From the NCBI GenBank assembly GCA_964016885.1, contig OZ024757.1:29326001-29390000 (forward strand): DNA of 64,000 nt. The letters run 5' to 3'. The stretch comes from Eledone cirrhosa (Eukaryota). Below are positions 29,027 through 42,981 of this stretch, one piece after another. A model generated the notes under the pieces. The model saw only the letters and a program-made list of their open reading frames with translations, had not been told where the DNA came from and ran no database searches. The stretch's first letter is position 1. Every line of letters begins with the position of its first letter. Made by a program: the position numbers and the translations under genes.

Positions 29027-29063
<37 letters not shown>

Positions 29064-29089
29064 ATGTATGTGTGTGTGTGTGTGTGTGT

Positions 29090-29380
29090 ATCTTCATCTG
29101 GTTTTATAATTTTATAAATTTTTACAAATAGAGAACGAGTCGGTGTCTAACATAGACACAAGATTCTTTCATTGGAATTTAAACAACATCAATTCGGTAG
29201 ATATGTATGTATGTCTGCATGCATGTGTGTATTCAAGTATGGAGGTTATTGTATGCGTGGATGTGCATATCTTTTGTATCTGTACATGTGTACATACAGT
29301 TATTACATAAAGAAAGTGTATGCATGTATGTATGTATGTATATTCTTCTGGTTTTATAATTTCACAAATTTTTGCCAATA
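29090..29380 (-). mobile_element. Two further 3' UTR ends of the (TACA)n-associated REL-LINE
   Basis: TCTGGTTTTATAATTT termini at ~29097 and ~29347. 29090-29300 is homologous to 6722-6950. Confidence 0.7.
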
Positions 29381-29443
29381 GGTGTGTGTGTGTGTGAGTG
29401 TGTGTGAGTGTGTGTGAGTGAGTGTGAGTGTGAGTGTGAGTGT

Positions 29444-29497
<54 letters not shown>

Positions 29498-30017
29498 ATG
29501 TGTGTGTGTGTATATATATATATATATAATTACATAATAACACATAATATAATTATTCCATTATCAAAGGTTTCAGGAAACTAGGCGTTCCTTACAGAAA
29601 CGTCCGGCTCGTTCATCCGATGAAATAGGTAACTATTTCATCGGATGATGGAGCCATTGGTAATGGAATAATTATATTGTGTTGTTTATTATGAAATTAA
29701 AAAGCTCTGTATTATACATAGAGCACTCTCCTTTCCTTTATCTTTTCTACGGAAATACTTAACACACACACATATATGTATATATTTAATTAAGAAGGGT
29801 TTTTTTTCCTATTGGGATCGAGAAGAATCCAGTTACGTTACATAATGTACTCAATACATTTGTAAAGAAGTTACATATTTATTTCTTAAGGAAATGACGC
29901 CTACATAACTAGAACTGTAAGAGATGTTAACATGAATGGACCTTTTATTTTTATCTAAAGACATTTTTTCCAATTCCACCACGCCCATCCCTTCAATCTA
30001 TTTTATTTCTGATTCTT

Positions 30018-30053
30018 TCTTCTGATGAAGGACTACCGTCCGAAACGTTAAGA
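30018..30053 (+). ncRNA. Minimal type I hammerhead ribozyme
   Basis: TCTT-CTGATGA-A-GGAC TACC GTCC-GAAA-CG-TT-AAGA; palindromic ACGT stem III; GUU site. Confidence 0.75.
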
Positions 30054-30176
30054 CACTCTTCCTGCTATATCAAGCGTCAACCTAATATATTCCTTCCATA
30101 TACAGTACCGATTGTGTTGTTATTTCTTTTTAACCTTTACATATATATATATATATATGTGTTTGTGTGTATGTAC

Positions 30177-30247
<71 letters not shown>

Positions 30248-30729
30248 TGCATACATGTGTGTGTCGGTATGAGTTGATTTCATTTGTTGCAGATATCCAT
30301 TTTCTATGCTAGAGTGTACGATAGTTTCAGGGTCCTCCATTTTTCTATACATTTTTATCTCTCTTTTTATACATTTACATACGTAACAGTGTTTGTACTA
30401 TACGAGTATTCGTTAAAAGGAATATATGAATGATAGTTATCAATGCAACATAGTTATCTGTTAAGTAATTTGGTTGGTTGGTTGCTGTGCAAATGTGTTA
30501 ATTGAATTATTATATCTTATGATTGGATCAGATATAATATACCGAAGAATATCGTATAGCTCTTCATGCTCTCTTGAACTGGTGTTATTCAAAGCACGAT
30601 TCATCGTTCACATGATTGTAAACTGTTGATTAAAAAAGCAGAGCTGCATCTGCGCATGACTATGAAGTATGAAGGTATGAGTGATTGTACGAATGTTAGT
30701 ATTCTTCTATAACAACTTTTCTCTCTCAT

Positions 30730-30768
<39 letters not shown>

Positions 30769-30770
30769 AA

Positions 30771-30803
<33 letters not shown>

Positions 30804-31365
30804 AGAAAAAAGGAGTGCTGCGTGGTTGCACATGGGTTACATATGAATAAAATTAGTCCTTCATCAGTGATCTTCCAACCTTCATTGGTATTTCATCGCT
30901 TTAAAAATCATATACCTCTGGTTGGTGCGAGCAATAACTAAATAAAGTTATTGGGACAAGTAAAATAGGGTGAAGCGAGCGAGACATGTAAACAAACAAA
31001 GATGGTATTGCAACGTAAAGATAGGAAGAGACAAGTACATGATATCTATAAGCTTAAGCTTGGTGAAATCATGGACGAGAGATACAGACCATCCGACCTG
31101 GGTGAGATGTGAGCGAGAAAAGGATTTCACACAGGTCAAACGGGAGGAAGTGAGAGAGGGGGAGAAGCAGAGAGCGAGTGAGCGGAAGTGTGAGGAAGAG
31201 GCCAGCCGAGAGACAGTGTGATTGGCATAGGGGGTAAAAAGAAGGTGAGAGATACAGAGAGAGGGGAAGCAGTAAGAAAGAAATAGACAGGTCGCAGCTG
31301 AGGAAAAAATATAAATAAAAGAAAAACGGAGTGCTGCGTGGTTGCACATGGGTTACATATGAATC

Positions 31366-31396
<31 letters not shown>

Positions 31397-31577
31397 GGGT
31401 GTGTGTGAGTGTGTGTGTATTATATATATATGATGATGGTCTCCCGTCGATATCCGACGTATGAGTGTCCAACAAAAGTTCAGATCTCTGGATGGCGTGT
31501 CTCATGTGAAATTTCAATCCCGCCAGTGATCCACAGACCAAGTCACATAGGTCGCAGGAGCAAGAGTTTATGGAGTT

Positions 31578-31608
<31 letters not shown>

Positions 31609-31654
31609 TTGTGTGTGTGTATGTGTGTTTGTGAGTTATATAAAAATATTCAGG

Positions 31655-31750
31655 ACCCGGACGGCTGAGCTCCGGCCGTTTCGACAGCTAGATCATAACT
31701 AAGCCCCCAGTATTAGTACGGCAAGAATCTAGCTGAACTTATCAAGGGGT
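31655..31750 (-). ncRNA. Type I hammerhead ribozyme with U3:A8 core variant
   Basis: Minus strand reads ACCCC-TTGATAA-stem II (CAGCTAGAT/ATCTAGCTG)-GAAA-CGGC/GCCG stem III-GUC-CGGGT. The sibling copy at 56559 gives GGGGT, a perfect stem I partner. Confidence 0.75.
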
Positions 31751-31874
31751 GCCGTCCATATATGGGTATGCTGTCAAAGCAAAAAAGCAAAAAAAAATCT
31801 AAGTAAAATGTCTTAAAAGTTTATTGCTTTTCTTACCTTCACCTAATACTATATATCGGTCGCAAATTCAGACA

Positions 31875-31988
31875 GAAGGAGCAGCATGAAATAAAGTGTC
31901 TTGCTCAAGGTCATAACGCATCGCCCGGTCCGGGAATCGAACTCACAACTTCACGATTGCGAATCCAATGCTCTAACCACTCAGCCAC
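31875..31988 (-). mobile_element. tRNA-derived SINE head of a second family
   Basis: Minus strand GTGGCTGAGTGGTTAGAGC (A box), GAGTTCGATTCCC (B box), then CCTTGAGCAAGACAC. Confidence 0.8.
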
Positions 31989-32690
31989 TGAAGGCAGACT
32001 CTTTCTAAACCTGCCACGTATTGGAACTGAAAACAAACCCAAAGCACTGGTTTGTTAAGCCAACTCCATCTCAATATAGTTAAGCTATTTGATACAATGA
32101 TATATGTTTATGTACAAACGTAAGAGAGATGTAAATATATACGCTGTGTAGATTTTCTATCAGTAAGTTAACCGTTGTATTTGTTTTACATAAGACAAAT
32201 GACTGAAACCAGTAAAAGAATTGAAGAGGAAAAGAATTAAAGACTGCAAGAATAAAAGAATAAACTGTTCGTGTGAACCACACTAATGAAACAGACGTTG
32301 TGGTATTTGGAAAGTGTCATTCTGCCAATAAAAACACAAAGATGGGTTGTAGTTCAGATATTTAGTAATTCAATGAGTTGGCTATGTCATTCGTTACACG
32401 TCTGTAGTCTATTTATTGAAATTATCGTAGACCGTGTAGAGACAAACACATTCACATAGCCGAGAATTAATAGAGAAAACTAAAATACGACAATTGTTTA
32501 TCCTTTTATGGTCAAATGTCGGGCCTAATACGCTCACACACCTGCAAACACACATACGTAACGAAAGTTATCTACATATATATATATATTAGCGCGTGTA
32601 AATATATATATATATGGGATAACAAGTTATCGTTATAGGTAATCCAGTTAGAGGTTGTGAGTACTCTGATGTGTTGACTAGAGGTAAATA

Positions 32691-32875
32691 ATTGTTTCTA
32701 CTTTTTGGCACAAGGCCAGCAAATACCCAGTACATTACTGGTACTTTATTTTATCGATCCCGTAAGGATGAAAAGCAAAGTCAACCTCGGCGGGATTTGA
32801 AATCAGACCATAAAGGGCCGTAACTCTTTGCTGCAAAGCATGGCGTCCGACCCTCTACCGATACGGCCTCTCCAC
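32691..32875 (-). mobile_element. SINE, same family
   Basis: Homologous to 4446; TSD AGAGGTAAATAAT. Confidence 0.85.
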
Positions 32876-33178
32876 CATCAGAGGTAAATAATGTATTGGA
32901 GTTCGAGTGACGCGACCTCAAGCGATTAGCGAACTCTAGACTCACCTGATCAACGAAACAATTGTCAGTACTTTAAATAAAGCCCTTGTACAGCCAACCA
33001 TGTTACTCTTCATTCTTTAACTACATATATATATATATACTAAATACATACAAGTAGAGTCTTCCTTACCAAATATGGCGAATTTGTAAAGACGTTTAAA
33101 GGTGTGCGTTAAATAAATATACATTTATTTCAGTTCGTTGATGTCTACATACATACATACATACATACATACATACAT

Positions 33179-33786
33179 GGTGGCTGCCAATTCGTTTTTG
33201 AGCACGGCCACTACTTTATATCCATGTAGGAGAACCCCTACCGATGCGCTGAACGAGTGTGACTTCTCAGTCCAGCCAGCGACTTAAAAACTCTGATACA
33301 AACACTACACTTGTAAAAATTATTGACACATAGTGCTGGGCCCATGGTACCATGTGATGACAAGTGCAGAGAGATCTCCAGATATAAAGCAATGCCTGTG
33401 CCGTGAAGCTTTTATAGTGAGCAAAGGCACTGCACAAAGCCAGTCCCACTCTCTTAACCAAGATGATATTTACCAAAAAGAAGAACAAGTCAACATCATT
33501 GGATACCATCAGGGTTGCAGGTGTTATATCATAGTTTTCCTTCTCCTAGAATTCTGCATTGACAAAGGCTAAGGGGTCATCTCTCCCGGTGATTTTGGAT
33601 GGCCATTGACTCTTAAGAGCTCCTTTGCCCTTTGACAGGTTTTGTTTTTAGTCCTGCAGGATGTCCAAAGTCACTCTCCTTACCAAGAAACCTTGGTGGG
33701 GTTGCCAGTTTAGTCGCCAACGACCCGACCATGAGACAGGTTGTATTGGGATACATGTTACCAGTAACACCATGTGGTGACCCGAC
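33179..33786 (-). mobile_element. Second full copy of the 605-bp element
   Basis: Reverse complement of 7446-8051; (TACA)n on both sides. Confidence 0.85.
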
Positions 33787-33880
33787 ATACATACATACAT
33801 ACATACATACATACATACATACATACGTATATACGATTTCTCTATAAGGGTATTGCAAATAATATCTGTAGACAATGTGA

Positions 33881-33940
<60 letters not shown>

Positions 33941-34567
33941 AACAAATCTGCACACGAAAAACGTGACATAGACGACATACTTTGTTGATGATAATGGCGA
34001 TGGAGATGATAATAAAATTATGAGATGATGATGTTGAACTTAACAGGAATTATAACGACGACGATGATGATCATGATGATGATCATGAAAATGATGATGA
34101 TGACAACGATGACGGGACAGATAATGACATATAGAGCAGTGTGGGTCTGAGATGGGCGAGGCGTAGTTTAGAAGGAGGTGTTTGAATTTAATGTATGGCT
34201 GCTCCGTTTATGGTTTCGTGTGTATATAGAGTTGATTGTAGGAGTGGGTTATTATTTACGTATGATTGAGGTCACAGGAAGCATGGGATTTAAAACAATA
34301 TATATGTATGTATATATAGGTTCCCAAGAGATTGTTTTGGTAAACACAGGAGCAAGCATCTTCTTTAATGTTATTATATATATATATATAAAGTATAAGT
34401 TATGTAATGCAAACCATTGTTGTGTGTACGTAATTCTATATATACACACACATATATATATATATATATTTACACATATAAATCTGCGTGTGTAAGACAC
34501 ACCCTAACACGAACGCACATATTCACACATATACATTGTGTGATTGTGTGTATATATTAGATGCATG

Positions 34568-34624
<57 letters not shown>

Positions 34625-34832
34625 CGTTTCTGAAAGCACTGGTGCGTGTGTTTCTTATTGAAAACATGACCCTCCCAAAGCATAACAATATATATATATA
34701 TATATATATATGATATGTGTAAACACGTGTGCTTATGAATATATACACACAAATATACATATTATGCGTATATATTTGATGAATACACACATATATATAT
34801 ATATACATCTATAGACACACACGCACAGACAT

Positions 34833-34866
<34 letters not shown>

Positions 34867-34969
34867 ACATGTATACAGACACAGAGACATGCATGCATAC
34901 AAACACACACACATACATGTATACAGACACATACACGTACACAAAAATATGCACCCCCTCCGCACACAT

Positions 34970-35010
<41 letters not shown>

Positions 35011-35734
35011 TTACATTCATACATGCATATTTTCATACATGCATTCTATGTTTTTCTTTGAATTTTTAACATTATACCGAAGATGACACTGACAGTGTGT
35101 GCACTCATGAATATGCATAATGCACTGAAATTATGTTAATGCAATAATAATAATAATAATAATAATAATAAGGATAATAATAATAGTAATAATAATAATA
35201 AATACTCACATGAAATACAAAATATAACATAAAAACCAGACCTAGGCAGACATGCACAATAATCATATATTTATACATATATGAACACTATAATACACTA
35301 CTTCCTTTCCAGCTAACACTAACCTACACTGAGAGAGAGAGACACAGAGAGCGAGATAGAGAGAGAGACAGAGAGAGAGAGAGAAAGAGAGAGAGGGGGA
35401 GAGAGAGAGAGAGAGATAGAGAGAGAGAGTCACACACACACACTGACACATACATTTATCCAAATATATCTGAGTAAATGGATCTCGTATCGATTTCAGT
35501 GACTGAGCAATTTCAGTCGTTCGATCAACTGAACTGTATAAACACTGTATTATAATGTACATGCCACGTGTTTTACAGAAATATATACCTTTAACGAAAA
35601 CCTTAGGCAAAATCAGCTCCATAGAAAGACTGCTCAAGCTGTGGCTGTCGTCCTGTTGTCTGGAGATTAGGAGCTACATGATTAAGACATGAAATGTTTT
35701 TATAAGCTTATATAATTGTTTCCACCTCAAAAGT

Positions 35735-35945
35735 CATCTCGAGGGTAGCACAGAGGAGACTGAGGTTCGTTGGACATGCTCACCGACATCCAGAGGTTGA
35801 CATTACAGTCAGTGATCCTGTGTGAGCCCCTGCATGGACACACTGGAAGAGGAAGACCGAGGTTGACATATGTTGATGCCCTTGGAGACGTAGGTCATGG
35901 CAGCGATGATGAGGGACAGAGACTACTGGAGAGAACATGTCCATG
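35735..35945 (+). mobile_element. RTE-group LINE 3' fragment
   Basis: RRLRFVGHAHRHPE / LQSVILCEPLHGHTGRGRPRLTYVDAL across a frameshift. Confidence 0.75.
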
Positions 35946-35977
35946 GATCTCGGGAATTTTACCAGCCCTAGATATAT

Positions 35978-36425
35978 AATTGTTTCTAGTTTAGGCACAA
36001 GGCCAGCAATTATAAGTGGAAGGGAAACCCGATTAAATCGACCTCAGTGCATTACTGGTATTTTATTTACCGACCCCGTAAGGATGAAAAGCAAAGCTAA
36101 CCTATAAGCCTATATGATTGTTTCTACGTTTGGCACAAGGCCAGCGATTACCCTTGCCTATTACTGGTATTTATTTTATCGAACCCGTAAGGATGAAAGG
36201 CAAAATTAACCTCGGCGGGATTTGAACTCAGACTATAAAGGGGCATAACTCTTTGCTGCAAAGCATGGCGTCCGACCCTCTACCGATACTGCAATCCACC
36301 GCCCTTATAAGCTGATGTAATTGTTTCTACTTTTGGCACAAGGCCAGCAATTACTCCAGTGTATTACTGGTACTTTATTTTATCGACCCCGTAAGGATGA
36401 AAGGCAAAGTTAACCTGGGCGGTAT
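35978..36425 (-). mobile_element. Three tandem SINE copies (two truncated, one full)
   Basis: Repeated ATTGTTTCTA..GGCACAAGGCCAGC units at ~35979, ~36117 and ~36320. Confidence 0.85.
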
Positions 36426-36636
36426 GTTACACATATCTTGCCAAATATACACGTTATTATATAAACCTATAGGTTAGCTTTGCCTAAATGTGGATATTAA
36501 GACATACGATGTGGTTATGTATTATAAACATATATTAAACTCGCCACTATTATTTTCAACTGTAATCATGTCACATATATCGTATCTATTTTCATGTAGA
36601 CCTCTAATATGAATCATTCTATATTAGTGGCACTGG

Positions 36637-36691
<55 letters not shown>

Positions 36692-36804
36692 TATATAGTC
36701 ACAAATTATTTCTGTTTATTATATCCTCTTTCTCCCCCCTCTCTCTTTGTATACATACACACACACATATACATACAAACATACACACACACAGTCACAC
36801 ACAC

Positions 36805-36835
<31 letters not shown>

Positions 36836-37841
36836 CATACACACGCAAACAAATATGCTTATACTTACAAACGAGCACGCTCACCCCCACACTCACAGAC
36901 ACACACACACACACGCACACACACGCACGCACACATACACACACACACATATATATATATATATATTATCTTTTGATTATGAAAAACAGCTTTTCTCATA
37001 AACATGCATTATTGAAAATACGGCTCATTTTTTTTCTTTTAACTTGGATTTATATGATCATTAAATATTATTTCATATTTTCTAATTAATTTTCTTATTA
37101 TATTTAGACTAGAACAATACATTTACGTTGTAGCATCGACGTTTCGAGACCTCTTTGACTTTATCTCGTTGGATAAAAATAATTAAAATCGCGATTGTTA
37201 TAGCTCTTTATTTTACTATATTATAGTCAAAACTAAAAAGAAAAATGGAAGCAAAGTGCAGTATCGGAATTATTTTCTGTCCGTTTCTCATTCAATTATC
37301 TCTTCATTTAAAATTTGTTTACTGTTGACGTCGGGTTTCTATGAGTAGCGAGGAAATTGTTTGGGCCTTATGTCTAAAGCTAGATGTTATGTATATTTTT
37401 TGGTTTTTATTTAGCTTAGCTTCCAATTGAATCCACTTTGATGTAGCGGACCTATCTATCTATCTATTCTATATCCATCTGTGTCTGATCTATGTCTATG
37501 AACATTGTATCGTATTTTCAGCCATATTTTTATCAAGAAGTTCATTACTCAATGTATGTTTTCTATTCCTTTCATTAACATTTCAGTAGAGCGAAATATG
37601 AAAGAGATTTTACTCTGTATACACACACACATATATATATTATATATAATATATATGTATTATATATATATGTATATAATATATATATATATTATATATA
37701 TATATATCATATATATATATATATTATATATATGCTCAGAAATATACATGCGTTTATATATATATACATGCACAAAAATATATATTAATATATATATATA
37801 TAAATATATATATGCACAAAAATATATGCGTATATGTATAT

Positions 37842-37922
<81 letters not shown>

Positions 37923-38277
37923 CATATACATATATATATATACATACGTATATAACAGCATACGTTTGTTCAGTTCAGTAATCTGAAGATTGGTGCCGTT
38001 GTATGATTTCCTATGGGAAGCAGTCGACTGTAAAGCAAAGCAAGAGAAGACGCAATACAGAAAGTAGAGAAAAAGAAGACAAATATGTTTGGCTAATTTG
38101 AATTCTCATTGTGCATAGTCGTGCTGATGAAGTCTCCGAAATACGTATTGTCCATGAAGCGAAGTACATGTATGATTGATTAAATATTGGAAGAATGCTC
38201 GCAATTTGCTAGCAATCAAAAGTAAATAAGGCTAAAACATCAGACACAGGTCCACACACACGTATATATATATATAT

Positions 38278-38314
<37 letters not shown>

Positions 38315-38685
38315 CATATATATAAATATACACACAAACATATATATATATATAAAAATATACACACAAACATATATATATATATATATATATAAATATA
38401 CACACAAACATATATATATATATATATATAAATATACACACAAACATATATATATATATATATAGGCACACATATATATAAACATATAAGCACACACAGA
38501 GGCGCACGTACTTACATTTACTGACATACAGAGAAAGACTCACACACGCATGTATACACACACGCGCATGCTCAACTATGTACAACAGCATGTTATGCAT
38601 AAGCAATCGCACATAATCGAATGTGCAAACACACCCACATACACACACACACATATATATATATGTGTATACATTTCTGTGTGTT

Positions 38686-38742
<57 letters not shown>

Positions 38743-38910
38743 ATGTGGGTGTGTTTGCACATTCGATTATGCGCGATTGCTTATGCATAACATGCTTTTT
38801 TACATAGTTGAGCATATATATATTTATACAAACACAAGCATACATACATATATATACACAAACAGAAGTATACATATATATATATATATATACATTCAAA
38901 CAACCATACA

Positions 38911-38947
<37 letters not shown>

Positions 38948-39426
38948 GTACATACATACATACATACATACATACATACATACATACATACATACATACA
39001 TACATGCCATATATACAAGGTTATGTCATTCTTACATTTCTATATTCAAATGAAATTGGATAGACGGGTATTGTACGAGACCAACTAATGGACTCTCCAT
39101 ATAATAGATGAGTGTAGCATTGTCATACATCTCAAGCTAATTCCACATGAGATTTGCATTAAGGATACGTGTCTGTGGAATACTCAGCTACTTTACACGC
39201 TTATTTTATGAGTAGGTCATTGATTTGATTGAACAAGTACACGATCATACTTCGGTATCGACGGGACAGTAACTCATCACGCCTGTATATTGCTTTAAAA
39301 CAAATGTTGGTAGCGTTTTTCTACTGGTTGCATTTAATCAATTTAATCACGTGATTTAGTTGATCATGTGACAGAAGCCTATGACACACACGCGCACACA
39401 CACATATCTCTCTCTCTCTATATATA

Positions 39427-39472
<46 letters not shown>

Positions 39473-39864
39473 GGGTGTATGTATGTATGTCACAACACCT
39501 TTCTAAGAGAGGGAAACTCTAAAAAAAAAAAAAACCCGCGGCTTCGGAAGCATCTGATGATGTTGACAAGTTCTCCTTTTCGGGTAGTGTTTTCGATGCT
39601 CAGAGAGCGGGATTGGTAGAGTGCAAGGCCTTTTTACACTTGAAAAACCTTCAAACCACAGGCATTGCTTGTTCAGGATATGTTACAGGTTCGTGTGGCT
39701 GGCCGTAGCCTAAAAGTACACTAAACTCTATAATCTGACAAGCGATTGCAATACTCTTAGAAGAGTTTGCAGCCATCATGTATGTATATATATATATATA
39801 TATGCATATCTGTGCAGCTCGTTTGTCTACCAGCATATCATGAAGAAATTAAACATCTCGTCTG

Positions 39865-39942
39865 TATTTTGTCTGAAGAGGACATGATTTGCTTTATGTT
39901 ATACATAAAACTTTACATCTTCGAGATATACTTAATAAAATA
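39865..39942 (+). ncRNA. Degenerate hammerhead (GAGA instead of GAAA)
   Basis: TATTTTGT-CTGAAGA-GGACATG...CATCTTC-GAGA-TATACT-TA-ATAAAATA; 8-bp stem I similar to the 23083 ribozyme. Confidence 0.5.
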
Positions 39943-39981
39943 AATAGAGATGATACAAAGTATATATCGTTCGTTTATTAC

Positions 39982-40019
<38 letters not shown>

Positions 40020-40241
40020 AACAGAAATAACACAATCGGTACAGTATAATATATATATATATATATGTTGAAAAGGTTACACACTAGAGAGAGATACAGT
40101 GCGCTATCAATAAAACACTGCATCTCTCTCTAGTGTGTTACCTTTTCAACATATTGTATTTTAAAGAGAACTCAGGATTTCCTCTCCTTTGGGCACATTA
40201 TTTACAGGGAACGGCGAGAGTCTATGGCTCCGTTAATGTAT

Positions 40242-40357
<116 letters not shown>

Positions 40358-40429
40358 TCTGAAAGAGATCTCAATATATGTCCGTATCTGAAGAGTGTGC
40401 TGATTATTTACTTTTACTGATTTTACGAT

Positions 40430-41060
40430 CTCATTGAAAACAGGCAAATGAAATTCCTTTTCGTCATTGAGGATCTTCTTATTTCCGGAAAGGGAAAGAT
40501 TCTGCACAAACAGTGAAAAATATATGCTCTGTTCATGGAGATGTCATAGCTGATAGCACTGTTCACAAGTGATTCGTTAATGTTTAGAGCTGAACATTTT
40601 GACCTCGAAGACTGTGCACTCTCGGACAGACCTATAGTCATTGATAATGTCCAAATCAAGACTTTAATCTAAAAAAAACCCAGGTAACACAAACAGGAAA
40701 TCGCAGAGATACTTCACATAATTCACATGAGAATTACGAGATATTTGAATACCTTGAACACGTGAATACATAAATCGCTATGATATATTGGTGTGGCACA
40801 ATTTAATGGAAACAAATTTAATACTGCGGACTTTCATCTGCGATTCTCTGCTCAAACGAAACGAAATAGATTCAGGGTTGGAAAGAATGATATTCGGTGA
40901 TGAAAATTGGATTATTTACAACACTATGGAGCGTAAAGGAACGTGGAGAAAAAGAAATTTATCACTTTCAATCATTCCAAAGCCGGTCAGTATCCGCAGA
41001 AGGCAATGGTCTGTATCTGCTGTGATTCGAAGGGTTTATAAATATATTATGAGCTTCTAC
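40430..41060 (+). pseudogene. Mariner (Tc1/mariner) transposase pseudogene, N-terminal two thirds
   Basis: YFRKGKDSAQTVKNICSVHG and FRAEHFDLED..LSDRP (HTH region), then ICDSLLKRNE...LERMIFGDENWIIYN (first catalytic D motif). Disrupted by stops and frameshifts. Confidence 0.85.
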
Positions 41061-41194
41061 AAAATCATGTTTTTAATTCATTTCTTAGTCTCGTATTAGT
41101 AAAACAAAAACGTGTGAGGTAATTATAATAATACACATGTAGAGTATATAATATTTAAGGAGCCCACTCAATCCCAAAACGTTAACGAAAGGTC

Positions 41195-41238
<44 letters not shown>

Positions 41239-41242
41239 TATG

Positions 41243-41506
41243 ATAAGCCCCTTCGGTCACCAATGACCATGGTTTTGCGCCTAGAAAGTTCCTCTCCAGC
41301 AGTCGCCAATGCATACAAACCTCCCCTCTCTACGCCATCGATGTTGTACTAGGGAAAGGCAATGGCTGATACAGCTTGGTACCAATAACTTATTTCTACA
41401 GCTGAGTGAACTGAAGCAACGTCTTAAACAAAGATCATGACGCACCGCCCGCTCCAGGGTTAGAACTCACAACCTTACGATTGTGTGGTCAACAATTTAA
41501 CCACTA
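41243..41506 (-). mobile_element. Diverged SINE of the second family
   Basis: Head homologous to 31915-31985, followed by body and tail. Confidence 0.65.
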
Positions 41507-41714
41507 TAACCCTATATATATATATATATATATATATACATAGAGAGAGAGAGAGAGAGAGAGAGAGAAAGTTGTTCAAAATCGGGACGGCAGAGCTTAA
41601 GCTGTTTCAACGGTTATTTGTGAGAAATAGCCGTCTATTTCCCACGCTACTACCCAAAGTATTGAGTACTCTGGTGCGTTATTGTCCACCTGGTTCTTTA
41701 CCACACTTTCTTCG

Positions 41715-41754
<40 letters not shown>

Positions 41755-41997
41755 CCTCACAAAATAAACAAATATATATATATACAACCAAAATTAGATT
41801 AAAGATACCATGTCTGAGAATATAAGAATCATGCGCCATACCACCCGTGGCATAAGCTCAAATTTCCAACTAGTAAATCCGAGCATTTATTAAGATAAAA
41901 TTCAAAATCGATTGACACATGCACATATATATATATATATATATATATAAAATAAACACATCAAACGATCACAGGGGATAATTTGTAAAGGGTGTAA

Positions 41998-42041
<44 letters not shown>

Positions 42042-42578
42042 CGTGACACAATTTTCATTTTGGCATTTTTTCCGACTCTTTATTTTCTGAGTTAAAATCA
42101 CACTGTATTCAACTTTGCTTTTCATTATTCATAGTTCGATAAAATTAAATATAATCAAGCACTGGGATCGATTTAACTGACTTCCCTCTGTGCACATATT
42201 TCTGATCTTCGGTCTAGAAGAGAAACCATTAATACGGGTGGATTGCGAGTTTAGAAAATTGAATAGAATTTTAAACTAACAATAGAGAAATATAGTCAAT
42301 AAAACGGAAACAACAACATTTCCACAATCTCCGGAATCATTTTCTTAGTCATGTGGGAACAGTTATACACTACTAAGCGATTTACGTTCAAATAACTTCA
42401 TTGTTATTTTTAATATATATATATATATATATATATGTGTGTATATATATATTTGTATATATATATATATATTTGTGTATATATATATATTTGTGTGTAT
42501 ATATATATTTGTGTATATATATATTTGTGTATATATATATTTGTATCTGCTGTATATATATATATATGTGTGTATATA

Positions 42579-42631
<53 letters not shown>

Positions 42632-42667
42632 ATATATATTTGTATATACTGTATATATATATATGTG

Positions 42668-42724
<57 letters not shown>

Positions 42725-42862
42725 ATATATATATATATGTGTATATATATATATATATTTCTGTATATATATATATATATATTTTTATGTATGTGTATAT
42801 ATATATATATTTCTGTATATATATATATATATATATATTTCTGTATATATATATATATATAT

Positions 42863-42902
<40 letters not shown>

Positions 42903-42924
42903 CTGTATATATATATATATATAT

Positions 42925-42981
<57 letters not shown>

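Noticed and set aside
37983-38030. CTGAAGA...GAAGCAGTC
   Set aside because: Core mismatch and weak stems.
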